The notes under the pieces: model-generated
The model's database searches: none
Told to the model about the DNA's origin: nothing
What the model saw: only the letters and a program-made list of their open reading frames with translations
Program-made: the position numbers and the translations under genes
Shown: piece by piece, positions 61,991-64,000 of the stretch
Numbering within the stretch: the first letter of the stretch is position 1
Layout: each line of letters starts with the position of its first letter
Assembly: GCF_030144855.1 (NCBI RefSeq)
Contig: NC_082722.1
Location: 20,212,001-20,276,000, forward strand
Direction of reading: 5' to 3'
DNA: 64,000 bases
Source of the DNA: Hypanus sabinus
Lineage: Eukaryota

Positions 61991-63619
61991 TTCTGACAGA
62001 TGACGAACGCGGGACTATTTAGAATGGAGGAGGGAGATTGAGTGCGTGTTATAATTGGCAGTAGCCCTTTATATCTCGTTCAAAATGGGAATTTCTTCAA
62101 CATCTCTTTCCATTCAAAAGTTTAATCTGTATTGACGCAAAATGAGTGGCAGTGATTCCACACAACTATGCCGGCTTCAATGGTACCGATACTGTGGAGC
62201 GCCATTCAGATCAAGACGTGTTACTGATTTGTATCGATTCTAGTCATAAGTCGCATAATTGGCATCAGTGAAAGGACTTTGTTTGTCTTTGGGACACAGA
62301 TAGATTTAGAAGGAAGGACAACATTCTCTTCTGTGAAATTATTGAAATGTTGCTTACCCATTTCCCAGTTCCCCAAAAATTGTTTGAAGCTTGACAGTGC
62401 AAATAATATTTATTCATTGGTTATAAATATTTGTAGTTATATATTTAAACAACTCTAGATAATCGACACACGTGCTGGTCTATAAGAAGGCTGAAGAACA
62501 CAGGGATATTGTGTTTAACCTCGATCATGCTTCGCGTTCATTTCGATGACGTGTGACTTGTGCTTCGATGCAATTTTCTGTTGCTTTCTATCTCTTAATA
62601 GCTAGCCTTAAGCAAAGTATTTGTCCAAAAGTTGTTTGGTATGACCCTTCCTCTGTTTAAAGCTTTTGACGGCATTGGGACGGGATGATGAAGAGATGTG
62701 AACAGGGGTGATCGAGGTGCCGGGGATGAGGTTGGGGTTGTAGGAATAAAGGCATAACAAATATTTGGTTGGAAGTTTCAAAGGTCGAAAAAATTACGCA
62801 GCCAGTCTTTAAAATGACATCAAACATGGAAAAAACAATGAAAAAAAATCTTTGTTTTTTACATGTAAAATACATTTTAAATGTATTATTTTACATCAGT
62901 GTTATCTAATGCCCTGGTTAACCACATGTATCATTGCATTCCCACTGTCATGCTGTTAGGTAAATTATTTCAGCAGCTTTTCTGCAAAGCACAGAGTAAT
63001 CTCTGAATTCAGCTTTACAAAGCAATATTTTGGTTTCTGCTAAGACAAGTGGACAATTGTTTGGCGTAGGAATGTTGCGTCAGCCATTCGGGTTTCTCTT
63101 AGTAACATTCTGTCCGGTGGGATGCCACGGAACATTCGAGAGAGCTGTGCGGGATCACATTCATGAGGGGCAGTGGGTTGTTTTTCGGTTTTTCTGGTAG
63201 ATGTTGGAAGTGGATCGAGGTGCGGAGACGAGTACAAGGGAAAACGCTGAAGCATCCCGTCAAAGGGGAGACCCTGTTATAGAAAAAGCAAATATTTGTG
63301 CAAACGAATGGGTCCAAGGAGGATATGCAAATACTCCTGAGTTTTCCAATTCGTTTGTAACAGTCTTCAAGGAAAGTCCGAACTGTGGCTGGGGACGTGG
63401 GCGCTGTGAGTGCCGACTATCCAGAAATGAATTCCAACACACATTTATACTGGTTTTAGTGTAATTGGCACCTTTAATGTTCTATTAACTGTTTTTTTAA
63501 TGTTAAAATATCTGTAAGTATACTGCCACTTTAATTTTATGCCAGTGCAAGATCTGTTATTTCCTGACAAACAATATATTTGTATAGGGTAATATTGATA
63601 GTCTATTCTCCATACATTT

Positions 63620-64000
63620 AGTTCCCTCAAACGGATGATTCCAACTTTCCATCTGTGTCATTTATATTGGCGGTGAGGAAGAAGAATGGGAAAGTACGAA
63701 TATGTGTTGATTATCGAATACCGAACAGCCGTCCTGTTCCACGGATCGAGTTTGCGCTCTTCTGCCTTAATGGAGCCAAATGGTTCAGTGTATTGGACCC
63801 AATAAGCGGGTATTATCACCGACCCATGAGTGCAGTGGATGAAGAAAAGATGGGATCAGGAGCACCGGCAAATTTTCCAACATGTCACGGGGACATGAAT
63901 TCTGCTTGAGTCACGGGTGAACTTACATGATCTCATCGTGTTTTCAACTACACTGGAGGAGCCTGAGACGTGACGATTTACTGTGTCTGACCGCCTAAAA
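63620..64000 (+). mobile_element. Gypsy RT fragment, running off the window
   Basis: AVRKKNGKVRICVDYR...CLNGAKWFSVLD...GYY. Confidence 0.85.

Noticed and set aside
63040-63420. Minus-strand acceptor followed by open frames (GLPFDGMLQRF...)
   Set aside because: No recognisable protein and no linked exons.
1-64000. Prokaryotic-type systems (CRISPR arrays, operons, defence islands), rRNA or tRNA genes
   Set aside because: None seen. The DNA is intron-containing vertebrate sequence, and the only tRNA-like stretch is the SINE head at 35820-35872.

Overview
Eukaryotic, repeat-dense vertebrate DNA. The CR1, Penelope, L1 and V-SINE repertoire suggests a cartilaginous fish, probably a ray or skate (inference). 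Most entries in the ORF track are transposon fragments or spurious. One spliced gene can be built on the + strand (6492-19984): leader, V-set Ig exon with a germline-joined J-like G strand, C1-set Ig exon, TM exon, small cytoplasmic exons, and two stop-terminated tail exons, each with a pair of ITIM/ITSM-type tyrosines. This is a SIRP/NKp30/NITR-like inhibitory receptor architecture. The region around it is duplicated (about 60-14970 versus about 36580-51380). The second copy lacks recognisable leader, V and C1 exons. It keeps a TM exon that now encodes a mid-membrane Arg, has lost its splice donor and ends after a short tyrosine-free tail, the pattern of an activating paired receptor or its relic. 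A Gypsy LTR element (about 38490-44778) carries an intronless fragment of a sarcomeric myosin heavy chain rod (MYH16-like) in place of RNase H and integrase. A 5-kb L1 with a clean 5' inversion and a 13-bp target-site duplication sits inside a CR1. All alignments were done by eye and TE boundaries are approximate.
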